From: Candidatus Poriferihabitaceae bacterium
Lineage (GTDB): Bacteria > Pseudomonadota > Gammaproteobacteria > Arenicellales > Poriferihabitantaceae
Length of the DNA: 64,000 nucleotides
Direction: 5' to 3'
NCBI GenBank assembly: GCA_965204165.1
Contig: OZ241969.1
Location: forward strand, 888,735-952,734
Part shown: piece by piece, positions 27,300 through 37,569 of the stretch
Layout of the letters: each line of letters begins with the position of its first letter
Numbering within the stretch: the stretch's first letter is position 1
Notes under the pieces: generated by a model
Databases searched by the model: none
The model's input: the letters and a program-made list of their open reading frames with translations, nothing else
What the model was told of the DNA's origin: nothing
Made by a program: the position numbers and the translations under genes

Positions 27300-28047
27300 A
27301 TCCGCCACATTCGGCCACTGGCTCAGGCGTTTCCTGGCCGAGCATGTCGTCACCGAGCGCAGCCTCGCCCGCAACACGCAACTGGGCTACCGGGACACCT
27401 TCAAACTCCTGCTGCCCTTCGTCGCGATGAAGGCCCGGAAACCCGTCGATCGTCTCGTGTTGGACGATCTCACCGCCAGGCGCGTGCTGCAGTTCCTCGA
27501 CCATCTCGAGCAAGACCGCGGCTGCACCCCCCAGACCCGCAACCAGCGCCTGACGGCCATACGCGCGTTTACCAGGTACGTCGCAAGCCGCGACCCGGCG
27601 CGGGTGGAATGGAGCGGCCATATCCGCGCGATCACGCAGAAAAAGGCAACGCCGAAACCCATCGAATGGCTTGACAGGGAAGAAATGGCGGCGCTGCTGG
27701 AGGTGCCCGACCGGCGTACGCCGAGAGGCAGGATGGAATACGCGCTGCTCCTGTTCCTGTTCAACTCCGGCGCCCGCGTGTCGGAAGCCGCGGCACTGGT
27801 GGTGAAGGACCTGCAGGTCGAATGTCGCGACGGGCGGCATGCGCTCGTTTCCATCTGCGGGAAGGGCGGGAAGCACCGCCAGTGCCCGCTCTGGCCCAGG
27901 ACCGGGCGGTCTCCCGATGATGCCGTCTTCATCAGCCGGCAGAACAGGCCGTATACCCGATCCGGAATCTCCCGGCTGGTCGAGCGCTGCGCCGGGAAGG
28001 TGCCGGCATTGTCAGGCAGAAAGGTAACTCCGCATTCGATTCGACAC
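27292..28047 (+). pseudogene. tyrosine recombinase, RIT subunit C, N-terminal part (interrupted after ...TPHSIRH)
   Basis: ATG overlaps the subunit B stop (gATGAGTAG). Homology ends at the RH codons at 28042-28047. The C-terminal part resumes at 32118. Confidence 0.8.
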
Positions 28048-28160
28048 TATATCGACCACCTGACTATGTCGGGCACCACAGAGCCAAGCACGTATGTGGT
28101 CCACAATGAAAGGCTTGTTGGAAATGACTTGCCGTGAGTACCCGACATAGTCCTGCCGGC
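28048..28160. repeat. terminal repeat region of the nested second RIT, with internal hairpin
   Basis: GACTATGTCGGGCAC...GTACCCGACATAGTC inverted pair (about 28062-28152). Lies immediately downstream of the minus-strand recombinase stop at 28161. Confidence 0.5.
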
Positions 28161-28372
28161 CTACAGGCTCTCGAGGAAGCCGAGCAACCGGTCACCGGGC
28201 TGATACCGGACGGGCTTGCCGGCGTGTGGTGAGGTTCTGGCCAGTGCCTGCTCCTTGATTGCCAGTGTTGCCTCCAGATAGATCTGCGTGGTCTCGACCG
28301 ACTCATGCCCGAGCCACAACGCGATCACCGCACGGTCGACGCCGGCCTGGAGAAGGTCCATGGCCGCCGTGT
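28161..28372 (-). pseudogene. second RIT subunit C, C-terminal part (separated from its N-terminal part by IS66)
   Basis: ...AMDLLQAGVDRAVIALWLGHESVETTQIYLEATLAIKEQAL...LGFLESL*. Joins in frame to 30911-31705 once the IS66 and one TSD copy are removed. Confidence 0.85.
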
Positions 28373-28513
28373 GTAAGCGGCCATTCTGGGGCGTCTTTCC
28401 CCTTGTCCCCGTCCCTGGATACTCTTGACCGGGTTTTCCCGGGCAAGCACCAGGACATCCACATTCAGGGCGAGGTGTAAGGCCGACGGCGAATTGAAGC
28501 CGCGGACGGCAGG

Positions 28514-30103
28514 TCAGTGCAGGGTGCTCCCGACCCTGTCCAGGTCGCCCTTCAGCGGATCGTCCCCGAACTTCTCCTTCCAGACCCGGGGCGTCAGGTC
28601 GATCACGTCCTTCGCCGGGTGCCGCCCGATCCGCTGCAGCACGTCCACCAGGTACACATGGGGGTCGATTCCCTGCATCCTGCAGGTCACCAACAGGCTC
28701 TGGATCACGGCTACCCGATGCGCTCCCACCTCCGTCCAGCAAAACATCCAGTTCTTCCGGCCCACGGCAATCGGCCGCACCGCCCTCTCGACGTGGTTCG
28801 TGTCCAGCGGTACGTCCGGATCCGCCAGAAACACCTGCAGGGGGCCCTTACGGGCCATCGCATACTTCAGCGCCTTCGACAGCGGATTCGACGGCAGCAG
28901 GTCGTGGCGGCGGCACTGTCGATCACACCAATCCCAGAACGCCCCGGCCACCGGCAGACTGTGGCGGGTCCGGTACGCCAGCTTCGCCTCCCCGGACAAC
29001 GCCTTCTTCCGGATCCATTTCTCGTGGGCGTACAGAAGCCCGATCAGGGCCAGGGCATGATCCGCCGCCTCCGGCTCCGCATCCAGCGCCGCCTCGAACT
29101 TCCTCCGGGCATGACTCCAGCAACACGCATGGGTCACCGCGGCCATCATCTCCGCAAACCGGGTATAGCCGTCGAACCCGTCCGTCAGCAACGTCCCCGT
29201 GAAGTCGTCTCCCAGGATCTCCCGCACATGGCGGTGCGCCCGGGACTCCGTATACTTGAACACCATCTCGTCCCTGTCGCCGTACACCGGCCACAACTGG
29301 CCCCGGCGCATCTTCCCCTTCGCTTGCCGCCCGGCCCTGATCGGGGTCTCGTCCATCCCCACCACGGCGCTTTCCAGCACGCTCCGGTACTGCGCCTCCC
29401 GGATCGGCTCGAGCAGGTCGATTGCCCTGCCCACCAGCACCGACAGCGTGCTCCGGGACAACTGCACCCCGCAGTCCGCCATCCGCTGGTGCTGGCGATG
29501 CAGCGGAAGGTGGTACACGAACTTGTCCACCAGCATCCCCGCCAGCAGGCTCACGTCCGCGATGCTCCGGTCCAGCACGTTCGCCGGCGCCGGCGCCGTG
29601 TGCAGCTTCGCCTTCCCGACGGCGTCCTTCTCTCGGATCACCGGGCGGACGTACTTCAGGATCACGTAGCTTCCGGGACGCTGCGCCAGACGGTGGGTCA
29701 CCTTCTCCCCGACCACCTCACGCCGGTCCTCCGGAATCCCATCGGCTTCCGGCGGCATCAGGACGATGGTTTCCACCGGAACCGTCTCGTCGAACCGGAG
29801 CCCCGATTCGTTGACGGCCCCCTCCCTGTTCTTGGGACCCCGCTTGCGGCGCTCGTAGCTGATCTTCTCCATGGCCGGCGGGGGCGCGGCGTCCGGCTTC
29901 AGGCCGAGGGACGCCAACAGGTCCGCCTGGTCCGGCGGCGGGTCCGGCAGATGCCGCTTCTCGGACTTGTCCCCGAACAGCTGGCGGTTGAACCAGGCCA
30001 CCTGCCGCCTCAGCTCCGTCAGCTCCTCCTTCAGGGTCAGAATCTCCGCCCGAAGCGCGGCGTTGATATCGGATTCAGGGACTGCGGAAGCGGCCTGCAA
30101 CAT
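28514..30103 (-). CDS. tnpC: IS66 family transposase TnpC
   Basis: 529 aa. N-terminal leucine-zipper-like EILTLKEELTELRRQVAWFNRQLFG. Core ...VGMDETPIRAG...CWSHARRKF. Confidence 0.9.
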   Translation of the reverse strand: MLQAASAVPESDINAALRAEILTLKEELTELRRQVAWFNRQLFGDKSEKRHLPDPPPDQADLLASLGLKPDAAPPPAMEKISYERRKRGPKNREGAVNESGLRFDETVPVETIVLMPPEADGIPEDRREVVGEKVTHRLAQRPGSYVILKYVRPVIREKDAVGKAKLHTAPAPANVLDRSIADVSLLAGMLVDKFVYHLPLHRQHQRMADCGVQLSRSTLSVLVGRAIDLLEPIREAQYRSVLESAVVGMDETPIRAGRQAKGKMRRGQLWPVYGDRDEMVFKYTESRAHRHVREILGDDFTGTLLTDGFDGYTRFAEMMAAVTHACCWSHARRKFEAALDAEPEAADHALALIGLLYAHEKWIRKKALSGEAKLAYRTRHSLPVAGAFWDWCDRQCRRHDLLPSNPLSKALKYAMARKGPLQVFLADPDVPLDTNHVERAVRPIAVGRKNWMFCWTEVGAHRVAVIQSLLVTCRMQGIDPHVYLVDVLQRIGRHPAKDVIDLTPRVWKEKFGDDPLKGDLDRVGSTLH

Positions 30104-30497
30104 GGCGCTGGATTATAACATCAGCGCCCCTTTCCGTGGCCGTCCGGGGCTCCGCGGAATGCCGGTATCGCTTGTGCCGGCGGATGTTTCCCACCGAGAT
30201 CCCCTCCAGGATCAGCTTCAGGCCGGTCCAGTCCAGGGACAACTTGTCGTCGGCGCCCCCGCGGTAATGGAACCGGCCCCGCTCCAGGCGCTTCGACCAG
30301 ATGCAGTATCCGCCCCGGTCGAAGTACAGGACCTTCATCATGCTCCGGCGGCGGTTGATGAAGACGAACAGGTGCCCGCTGGCCGGATCCTCCTTCAGCA
30401 CGTTCCGGACCAGCGCCGACAGGCCGTCGAAGGACTTCCTCATGTCCGTGGGCCGGGCGTACAGCCAAACCCGCACACGGTCTTCCGGAAAGAACAT
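30075..30497 (-). CDS. tnpB: IS66 accessory protein TnpB
   Basis: MFFPEDRVRVWLYARPTDMRKSFDGLSALVRNVLKEDPASGHLFVFINRRRSMMKVLYFDRGGYCIWSKRLERGRF. Confidence 0.9.
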   Translation of the reverse strand: MFFPEDRVRVWLYARPTDMRKSFDGLSALVRNVLKEDPASGHLFVFINRRRSMMKVLYFDRGGYCIWSKRLERGRFHYRGGADDKLSLDWTGLKLILEGISVGNIRRHKRYRHSAEPRTATERGADVIIQRHVAGRFRSP

Positions 30498-30502
30498 CCC
30501 CG

Positions 30503-30823
30503 CTACCTCAGGCGAAGGACCATGCCTCCTCCAAGGTCCAGCTCCACGCGCCACTCGCCGTCACCGGCAGCGGCCGGTGTCGGCGCCGGCGCCGCCTTCG
30601 GAGACACCGCGGGCAATTCCATAAATTCAACCAGCGGTCCGGCAGAGCCATTGCCCGCCGCGGCCTCCTCGCCACGGAACCGCTTCCGCCACTTGTAGAG
30701 CTGGGTGCTGGACAGCCGCCGCTTCCGGCAAAACTCCTTCGGCCCCTGATCCCCGGCCTCGAATTCCGTTACCAGGCGTCGCCACTGCCTGGGGGTGCGG
30801 ACCACCTTCTTGCGTTGCGTCAT
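30503..30823 (-). CDS. tnpA: IS66 accessory protein TnpA
   Basis: MTQRKKVVRTPRQWRRLVTEFEAGDQGPKEFCRKRRLSSTQLYKWRKRF, an HTH-type ORF1 of IS66. Confidence 0.85.
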   Translation of the reverse strand: MTQRKKVVRTPRQWRRLVTEFEAGDQGPKEFCRKRRLSSTQLYKWRKRFRGEEAAAGNGSAGPLVEFMELPAVSPKAAPAPTPAAAGDGEWRVELDLGGGMVLRLR

Positions 30824-30910
30824 CGTTTTGAGTCTCCGGTTTCGAAATGGAAGACGCACGATAAGACCCTGACTTCGTCAGTGGAACAACGCCTCAGAAT
30901 GGCCGGTTAC

Positions 30911-31705
30911 CGCCGTGTGACGCAGGCGGTGGACGGTGACCCGTTCATGCTCAAGCGAGGGGCATTTCCGGGAAGCCGCGATGCGGTGCTTGTTCAGCAG
31001 GTACTGCACCCCATGCACGGTCAGCCGTTCGCCTCTGGCGTTTGGAAACAGCACCCCGTGGACACCCCGCGGCCGCTCGCGCAGCCACGCCTTCAGCGTG
31101 GCCCGGGTAGGCTTGGCCAGCGGCGTACAGCGTTCCTTGCGGCCCTTCCCGACAACACGCAGATGCGCGCCGCCACCCGAGACGAAGTCATCCTGCTGGA
31201 GTCCGGTCATCTCGGAGAGCCGCAGCCCCGTTTGCACGGCGGTGAGAATAAAGGCGTGGTCGCGCCGTCCCGACCAGGTGCTCCGGTCCGGCGCCGCAAG
31301 CAGCGCGTCGACCTCCGGCCGGCCGAGGAAGCCAACCAGCTTGCGGGTGTATCGCTTGCTTGGGATGGCGAGCACTCTCTGGATCTGCGCTGCGTGGGTC
31401 GGCAACTCGAACGCCGCGTAGCGAAAGAAGGAGTGGATCGCCGTCAGCCGCAGATTACGGGTCCGGACACTGACGCCCCGCCGGGACTCGAGTTCCTCCA
31501 GGAAGGAGAAGATCAACGGCGCGTCGATCTGCTCGAAGGCGAGGTTCGAGGGAGGCCGGCCGAGGCGTTGCTGCGCGAACTTGAGGAACTGCCGGAAGGT
31601 GTCGCTATAGGAGTCGATGGTATGCTGGCTCGCTTGGCGTTGCTGTATCAGCCGCTCGGTGAAGTAGCGCTCCAGCAGGGGAGCGAGGTTGGTGATACGG
31701 GTCAT
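30911..31705 (-). pseudogene. second RIT subunit C, N-terminal part
   Basis: MTRITNLAPLLERYFTERLIQQRQASQHTIDSYSDTFRQFL...VTVHRLRHTA, then the IS66 end. Confidence 0.85.
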
Positions 31706-31876
31706 GGCTGCACCTCCCAGCGGCTTTCCAGGCGGCGCATGGCCTCGCCCATCAGTTCCGGCGAGCCCTCCAGATACCAAGCATAATGCCGACGAATCAG
31801 TAATGCCAAGCGGGGCGTGACAGAGCCTTGATTCAACTGGATTCAGGACCGTTTTCACTCGGCATTACTGTTGACC

Positions 31877-32096
31877 TTATTTACCGTTCAGCAACTCCAT
31901 CAGACTGTCGCGGACGCCGGGGAAGTTCCCTGGTCTGATCGACGGCGGCACGGTGGCCTTGAGGATGTCCAGTTTCTCGGCCGGGCTCGCATGGAGGTAC
32001 ATTTCTGTGCTCGCGAGGGTTGCATGACCCAGCCAGAGCGAGACCTTTCGGATGTCCCCGGTAGCATGCAGGACCGCCATGGCCGAGGAATGACGC
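31877..32096 (-). pseudogene. C-terminal fragment of a tyrosine recombinase (second RIT, subunit B-like)
   Basis: RRHSSAMAVLHATGDIRKVSLWLGHATLASTEMYLHASPAEKLDIL.... No N-terminal part is present. Confidence 0.7.
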
Positions 32097-32124
32097 CTAC
32101 CTCTTGCAAGAGGTAGTCGTCATT
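32089..32124. repeat. 36-bp near-perfect palindrome at the head-to-head junction of two recombinase fragments
   Basis: GAATGACGCCTACCTCTTG|CAAGAGGTAGTCGTCATTC with one mismatch. Each arm contains the R-H-S codons of a recombinase fragment. Confidence 0.85.
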
Positions 32125-32336
32125 CGACGGCCTGCAGTCTGCTTCAGGCGGAGGTCGACCTCAACACGATCAGGGCCTGGCTCGGCCATGCGAAACTGGA
32201 CACCACCAACATCTACGCTGAAATCGACATTGAGCGGAAGGCGAAGGCGATGGGACTGTGCGACGCATCGGAACCCGGGCCAACCCGGCCGTGGAAGGAG
32301 AACAGGGGGCTGATGGCCTTCCTCGAAACACTGTGA
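32118..32336 (+). pseudogene. RIT subunit C, C-terminal part (continuation of 27292-28047)
   Basis: RHSTACSLLQAEVDLNTIRAWLGHAKLDTTNIYAEIDIERKAKAM...LMAFLETL*. The stop lies directly before the right RIT terminal repeat. Confidence 0.8.
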
Positions 32337-32882
32337 TTGCAGAAAATTATGCAGCGGACAAATTCCGGATCGCCTTGTCTTTCGGGGCTTCAGGATCCGT
32401 CCGCTGCATTTTTTGGTCCGCTGCATTATTTTCCATGACGCATTGCACATCTGCCAAAGTCGGTGTCCCCACTCGGCCAGTATTGGCGGCGCCGCCGGTC
32501 CTGCCGACCATCGGCTGGATTGCTGCCGCCGGGTTTTCCACCCGGAAACCTCACTATTCGGGCCAAAACAAACACAACTAACTCATAATCATTCGGTTAT
32601 GGTCCGGTCCCGCCGCCATGGGTTGCGGGAACGGCGCCGCTGAAGTTCCCGTGCCGCGCGGCCCGGGTTCAATAGAATGAAGTGCTGATGCAGATGCCCG
32701 CAACGATGCCTGCAACCTCCACACCGGGAGAAACCGAAATGACGGATCCAATGCCAGAAGAACGCGCCCGGGAACCGGGCTCCATGGCCGCGAGCCACCC
32801 GGCCCTGGCGGTGGTTTCCGCTGTCCCGGAAGACGGGAAGAATGAATCCGCGGGAAGTTTCGGGAGAAACTGCAGGAAAGAG

Positions 32883-32910
32883 TTGACAGCGCGGTCGGGG
32901 CCGATAAAAT
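32883..32910 (+). promoter_or_regulatory. sigma70-like promoter TTGACA-N16-TAAAAT (copy 2)
   Basis: TTGACA at 32883-32888 and TAAAAT at 32905-32910, the same arrangement as 5525-5552. Confidence 0.55.
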
Positions 32911-32915
32911 GCCTT

Positions 32916-33029
32916 GCCAGCGGCCAGCGGCCAGCGGCCAGCGGCCAGCGGCCAGCGGCCAGCGGCCAGCGGCCAGCGGCCAGCGGCCAGCGGCCAGCGG
33001 CCAGCGGCCAGCGGCCAGCGGCCAGCGGC
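32916..33029 (+). repeat. heptanucleotide tandem repeat (GCCAGCG) x16 plus GC
   Basis: Hand count gives perfect units from 32916 through 33027. ATG 33030 follows immediately. Confidence 0.95.
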
Positions 33030-35753
33030 ATGACGTGTGCCCGGGGCCCGGCGCCCGGCTGGCGTATCCCATCCCATCCGGCATCATCGGCCTCGGCAGG
33101 TTCCCCGCGGCCTGACCCCCATCCCGGGCGCGCCCGCGTCCGCCGCTTCCCGCTGATCCTCCCCGTCCTGGCGCTGCTGGCCGGGACGCTCTCCCTGTTC
33201 GCGCCGGTGGAGGCGCAGGCCACTCCGGGCATCCCGGGGAACGTCCAGGTGACCGCGGGGGATGCGGCGCTGACGCTGACCTGGCAGGCGCCGTCGACCT
33301 GGGGCAGCACATCGGCGCGGGGCTACGAGATTGACTGGTACGCCGGCGCCACCGCCCCGGACAGCGATTCGCACGATTGGAAACAGGCGAATTCCGTTGG
33401 TTCTCCGATTTCGGCCAGCGCGACCAGCTATACGTTTACCGGCGCCTATGGCAGCCATACGGTAGCCAACGGCACCAAATACTGGTTGCGGATCAGGGCG
33501 ACGAGCGTCCATCCCACGGATAGCGACGACTACCTGGCCGGACATTACGCGACGCCTGTGAGCGGCACGCCGCAGGCGCAGACCGCGCCCGCGGCGCCCA
33601 CGAGCCTGACCGTCACCGCGGGCGACACCCGGCTGTCCCTGAGCTGGACCGCGCCTTCGGGCACGCTGACGGGCTACGACGTGCACTACACCTCGGCGGC
33701 CGCGACCGGCAGCAATTCGGTCGCGAACGACGCGGCTGTGCAGACCGGCGCTGCGTCGGCGGGCTGGGTGGCGGTCTCGCGCGGCACCGAGACCTCGCCC
33801 CCGACGGCTTCGCAGACGATTTCGTCGCTGACCAACGGCACCGCCTACCGGGTGCGGGTGCGGGCGAAGAACGCCGCCGGCGGCGGCGCCTGGGTGTTCG
33901 GCACGGGTACGCCGAAGACCCCCACCATGGAGTTCGAACTGGACACCTTTCTGGTGGTGGAGAGCGACACGGACCCCGAGGCCGCCAAGGTGCTGATCAG
34001 CCCGGCCCCGGCGGAGCAGACGACGGTGCAGATCCGGGTGCGCTCGTACGGCAACGCGTCGCCGGCGGACTTCACCCTGACCACGACGACGCTCACCTTC
34101 GCCGCGGGCGACACGGAGAAGTCCTTCGGGGTGCTTGCGGCCGCGGACATGTTGACCGAGGGCAACGAGGTCGTCACGCTGGAACTGGTTGCGGTGGCCA
34201 GCGCCCCCTACACGCTGGGGACGCAGGACAGCATAGAGTTCGTCATCGTCGACGACTCTTTCGAGCCGGGCGAGCCGGGTCTGACGTCGCTCACAGCGGT
34301 GGAGTCGGGCGCCAACAAGCCGACGGCGACGACGCTGAGCTTCACGGTGGCATGCGCGACGGCAGACTCCGGCTTTCCGCTCACCGATTACCACGTGCAT
34401 GCCGTGGCCCAGGGCGTCGCGGGGCTGGAGCGCACCTATTTTTTCCCGGAGAGCAAGTGCGGTTCCAACGGTCCGGTGACGCTGACGGGCCTGCCGCTGC
34501 GCCCGACGGCGACGACCTGGCGGGTCCGGGCGCGGGCGCGGGCCATCCGCGGACACAAAGGGGTTTGGTCGAGTACGGTCGACCTGGCGACGCTGGCCGA
34601 CCCCGCGCAGCAGAATGCCGCGGCGCTGACGGCGACGTTTGCGGGCGTGCCTTCGGCGCATACGGGCAACGACCGGAGGTTCAGCTTCACGGTGAACTTC
34701 AACGTTTCGGTGGACGGCGGCCAGGCGCCGACCAGGCGGTCGTTCGAGACCTCCGAAGGCTCGGTCATGCAAGTGGTGCGGGTCTCGGGGAAGAAGTGGA
34801 CGGTGCATGTCCGGCCGCATTCGTGGCGCAAGGTCGGGATAGCGCTCCGGGGCGGTCGGAGCTGCGACGACCCGCACGCGGTGTGCGCGACGGGCGGGCG
34901 GGCGCTGACGACCAGCCCGCAGGCGAGCGTCGGCGGCGCGGCGCGCATCCGGGTGAGCAGCCACTGGGCCAGGGAGGGCACGGAAAAGCCGGTCCGCTTC
35001 ATCGTGAAGCTCAACCGCGCGGTGTCGCACGAAGTGCGGGTGGACTACGCGACGAAGGACGGCGTGGGCATGCTCGGGGGGAACGCGCCGGCGACGGCGG
35101 GGTCGGACTACACCGCGACCTCCGGCACGCTGGTGTTCGAGGAGGGCGAGCGGCGCAAGATGGTCGACGTCGCGGTGCTCGACGACAGCATCGACGAGGG
35201 CTCGGAGTATTTCCTGCTGGCGCTGTCGAACCCGCAGGGCGCCCATCTGCCGCACCGGCAGGTCGAGAGGGTGGGTCTCATCCGGAACGACGACGCGCTG
35301 CAGCGGGCGTGGCTCTCGCGCTTCGGCCGCACGGTGGGAAGCCACGTGACGGACGCGGTGTCCGGCAGGCTCGAGGGCGACCTTGCGCCGGGCACCCACG
35401 CGACGCTTGCGGGCCAGGCGCTGGACCTGTCGGGCGGGGAGGACGGCGATCCGCTGATGGACGTGCTGACGGGCCTTGCCCAGCGTTCCGGTTCACCGGC
35501 GCCGGACGACGGCGATCCGTTCGCGCGCCTCGGCGCCGGGGACCGCTGGAATGATTCCGGCCTTGCGGGAACAGCGGGAACAGCGGGAACAGCAGGAAAC
35601 ACGGGAAAAATCTCGATGACGGGCCGTGAGGTCCTGCTCGGGAGTTCGTTCCACACGGCGGGCCGGATGGACGGCTCGGGCCCCGGCCTCGCGGCCTGGG
35701 GCCGGGTGGCGCATGGCGGCTTCGACGGCGAGCGGGTGTTAGGACTCACATAA
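33030..35753 (+). pseudogene. autotransporter-like surface protein 2, truncated in the beta-domain by transposon insertion
   Basis: MTCARGPAPG...RRFPLILPVLALLAGTLSLFAPVEAQA leader, with FN3 and Calx-like domains. Sequence 35288-35736 is nearly identical to 9378-9833 of protein 1. Homology then stops at ...HGGFDGE and the frame ends RVLGLT* inside foreign DNA. Confidence 0.85.
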
Positions 35754-35922
35754 TTTGAACCTGGCTGTCCCGGATTATCTGGAAGGCAAGTGGGACGGTT
35801 TGGCCTGGATTGTGCCAACTTTATTTCTGGCCCGGATTATTTCGGGATTTCTTCCCGGCAGTTTTCAGGAAGCCTGAGGAGAAGCGCGCCAGGGCCGGGA
35901 AGGCCGCGGTCCCGCCCGGGAT

Positions 35923-36771
35923 TCAGAAGACGGTGGCCCGGAGCAGGTCGTTCCAGTCCTTGACGCCCTCGGGGCGGATTCGCACGACGCGTGGGTCCGT
36001 CCGGAGGGATTCGGCGCACCGGTCCCCGGTGGGGTCGGCGTCGTACCCGCACAGGATGGTGCGGACGCGGGGGTCATGGAGCCACGGGGGCAGTCTGGCG
36101 GTGGCCCCGGCGGTGGACAGGATGCAGTCGGGTTTGCGGGACAGGGGCAGGAGCCATGCGGACAGGGCGTCGATGGCGGACTCGACGATGAGGACGGTTC
36201 CGCCGACGGGTTCCCGGTTGTCGGGCCGCGTCGGGCAGGTGATCCGGAAGGCGCCGCGTTTCCGGCTGGAGCCCCTGGCGAGGCCCCGGAAGACGGTTTT
36301 TCCGGATCGGCTGTCGAACCCCACGAGTTCGGCGCCCACGGTGCCGCCGTCGGTGCCGCGCATGACGAACACGGCGTTCCCGCGGCGGTCGGCGGAGACG
36401 ATGCCCTCCTGGCGGCAGCGCTCGACGAGGTTTTCGTCGATGGACCGATGATCCTGCAGGTACTTCCGCACGGCGGCCCAGCGATCCCCGTCGGCGGGTT
36501 CCACGGTTCCCGGGGGCGCGATCCGCTCGAGGACGTCGATGGCACGGGGGAACTGGCACCGGCAGGCGTGCATGACCAGGTCGATGGCGCCGCCGCCGCC
36601 CTGCTGGAGGAGGTGGTCGTAGAACCGGGTTCCGTCGATGCCGATGACGCTGCCGGTCTTCTTCCAGCGGGTCCGGTCGCGGGGATCCCGGCGGTAGCCG
36701 ACGGCGGCGGCGACGGTGTCGAGCGGGAGGTCGCGCAGGCGGCGCAGCCGCTCCGGATGGTAGCGGTTCAT
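35923..36771 (-). CDS. Toprim domain protein (primase-like)
   Basis: MNRYHPERLRRLRDLPLDTVAAAVGY.... Toprim Glu in LIVESAIDALS and DxD in CGYDADPTGD. The ATG overlaps the upstream stop. Confidence 0.7.
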   Translation of the reverse strand: MNRYHPERLRRLRDLPLDTVAAAVGYRRDPRDRTRWKKTGSVIGIDGTRFYDHLLQQGGGGAIDLVMHACRCQFPRAIDVLERIAPPGTVEPADGDRWAAVRKYLQDHRSIDENLVERCRQEGIVSADRRGNAVFVMRGTDGGTVGAELVGFDSRSGKTVFRGLARGSSRKRGAFRITCPTRPDNREPVGGTVLIVESAIDALSAWLLPLSRKPDCILSTAGATARLPPWLHDPRVRTILCGYDADPTGDRCAESLRTDPRVVRIRPEGVKDWNDLLRATVF

Positions 36772-37568
36772 GTCCCGGTGTCGTCGACGGCCTTCTGGAC
36801 GTCGCTGGTGTCCACCAGGTCGCGCTTGCCGATGGCGGCGGCGCACAGGGCGAGGTGGGCGACGCGGTCGATGCGCCGGGGGACGCCGTTGGTGGCCTGT
36901 GCGATGGCCTCGACGGCCTCGTCCCGGAACAGGGGGACGGCGGCGCCGGCGAGCTTCAGGCGGTGCTCGAGGTATCCGGTGACCTCCTCGCGTTCGAGGC
37001 CGTCGAGATGGCAGCGCACGACGACGCGCTGGCTGAGGGACTCGTAGACGGCCATGGCGAGGCGCTTTCGCAGCTCGGTGTGGCCGGCGAGGAGGAGGCA
37101 CAGGCGGTTGTCGGAGTCCATGCGGTAGTTGGTGAGCAGGCGGAGTTCCTCGAGCAGGCCGGCGGCGAGGAGATGGGCCTCGTCGATGACGAGGAAGGGC
37201 ATCTGGCGGCCGTCCTTGACCTGGCGGGAGACTTCCTCGCGGATGGCGTGGAAGGCCTGGGCGCGCTGCTTCGTCAGGGGCAGCCCGAAGGCCTGCAGGA
37301 TGGCGGTGTAGAGGTCGACGACGCTGCCGGTGGTCAGGGAGATGTACCGGTGGCGGTAGAGGCCGGGATGGAGGTTGCCTGCGATCCGGCGGCAGACGGT
37401 GGACTTGCCGCAGCCGGGCTCGCCGGTGAGCAGGCCGATGCCGCGCAGTTCCAGGAGGTGGCGGATCCGTGCGTCGGCCTCCTCCTGCCCCCTGGTCGGG
37501 AACAGTTCGTCGATCCCGATGGAGGGCTCGAAGGGGTAGCGGGTGAGTGCGAAGTGGGTCCTGTACAT
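36768..37568 (-). CDS. AAA+ ATPase (ExeA/TniB-like transposition partner)
   Basis: Walker A GEPGCGKS and Walker B FLVIDEAHLL. Sits directly after the DDE transposase. Confidence 0.85.
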   Translation of the reverse strand: MYRTHFALTRYPFEPSIGIDELFPTRGQEEADARIRHLLELRGIGLLTGEPGCGKSTVCRRIAGNLHPGLYRHRYISLTTGSVVDLYTAILQAFGLPLTKQRAQAFHAIREEVSRQVKDGRQMPFLVIDEAHLLAAGLLEELRLLTNYRMDSDNRLCLLLAGHTELRKRLAMAVYESLSQRVVVRCHLDGLEREEVTGYLEHRLKLAGAAVPLFRDEAVEAIAQATNGVPRRIDRVAHLALCAAAIGKRDLVDTSDVQKAVDDTGT

Positions 37569-37569
37569 G

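Larger units (their letters stand above)
28373..30910 (-). mobile_element. IS66-family insertion sequence with 8-bp target duplication
   Basis: Ends are GTAAGCGGCCATTCTG (28373-) and CAGAATGGCCGGTTAC (-30910). CGCCGTGT is duplicated at 28365-28372 and 30911-30918. Three-gene tnpA-tnpB-tnpC layout. Confidence 0.95.
24974..32436 (+). mobile_element. recombinase-in-trio (RIT) element carrying a nested partial second RIT and an IS66
   Basis: Terminal inverted repeats of about 95 bp: 24974-25070 ATGCCAAATAATGCAGCGGACCAAATAATGCAGCGGACGGATCCTGAAACCCCGAAAGACAAGGCGATCCGGAATTTGTCCGCTGCATAATTTTCTG, matched by the reverse complement of 32337-32436. Three overlapping tyrosine recombinase genes follow the left repeat. 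Confidence 0.85.
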
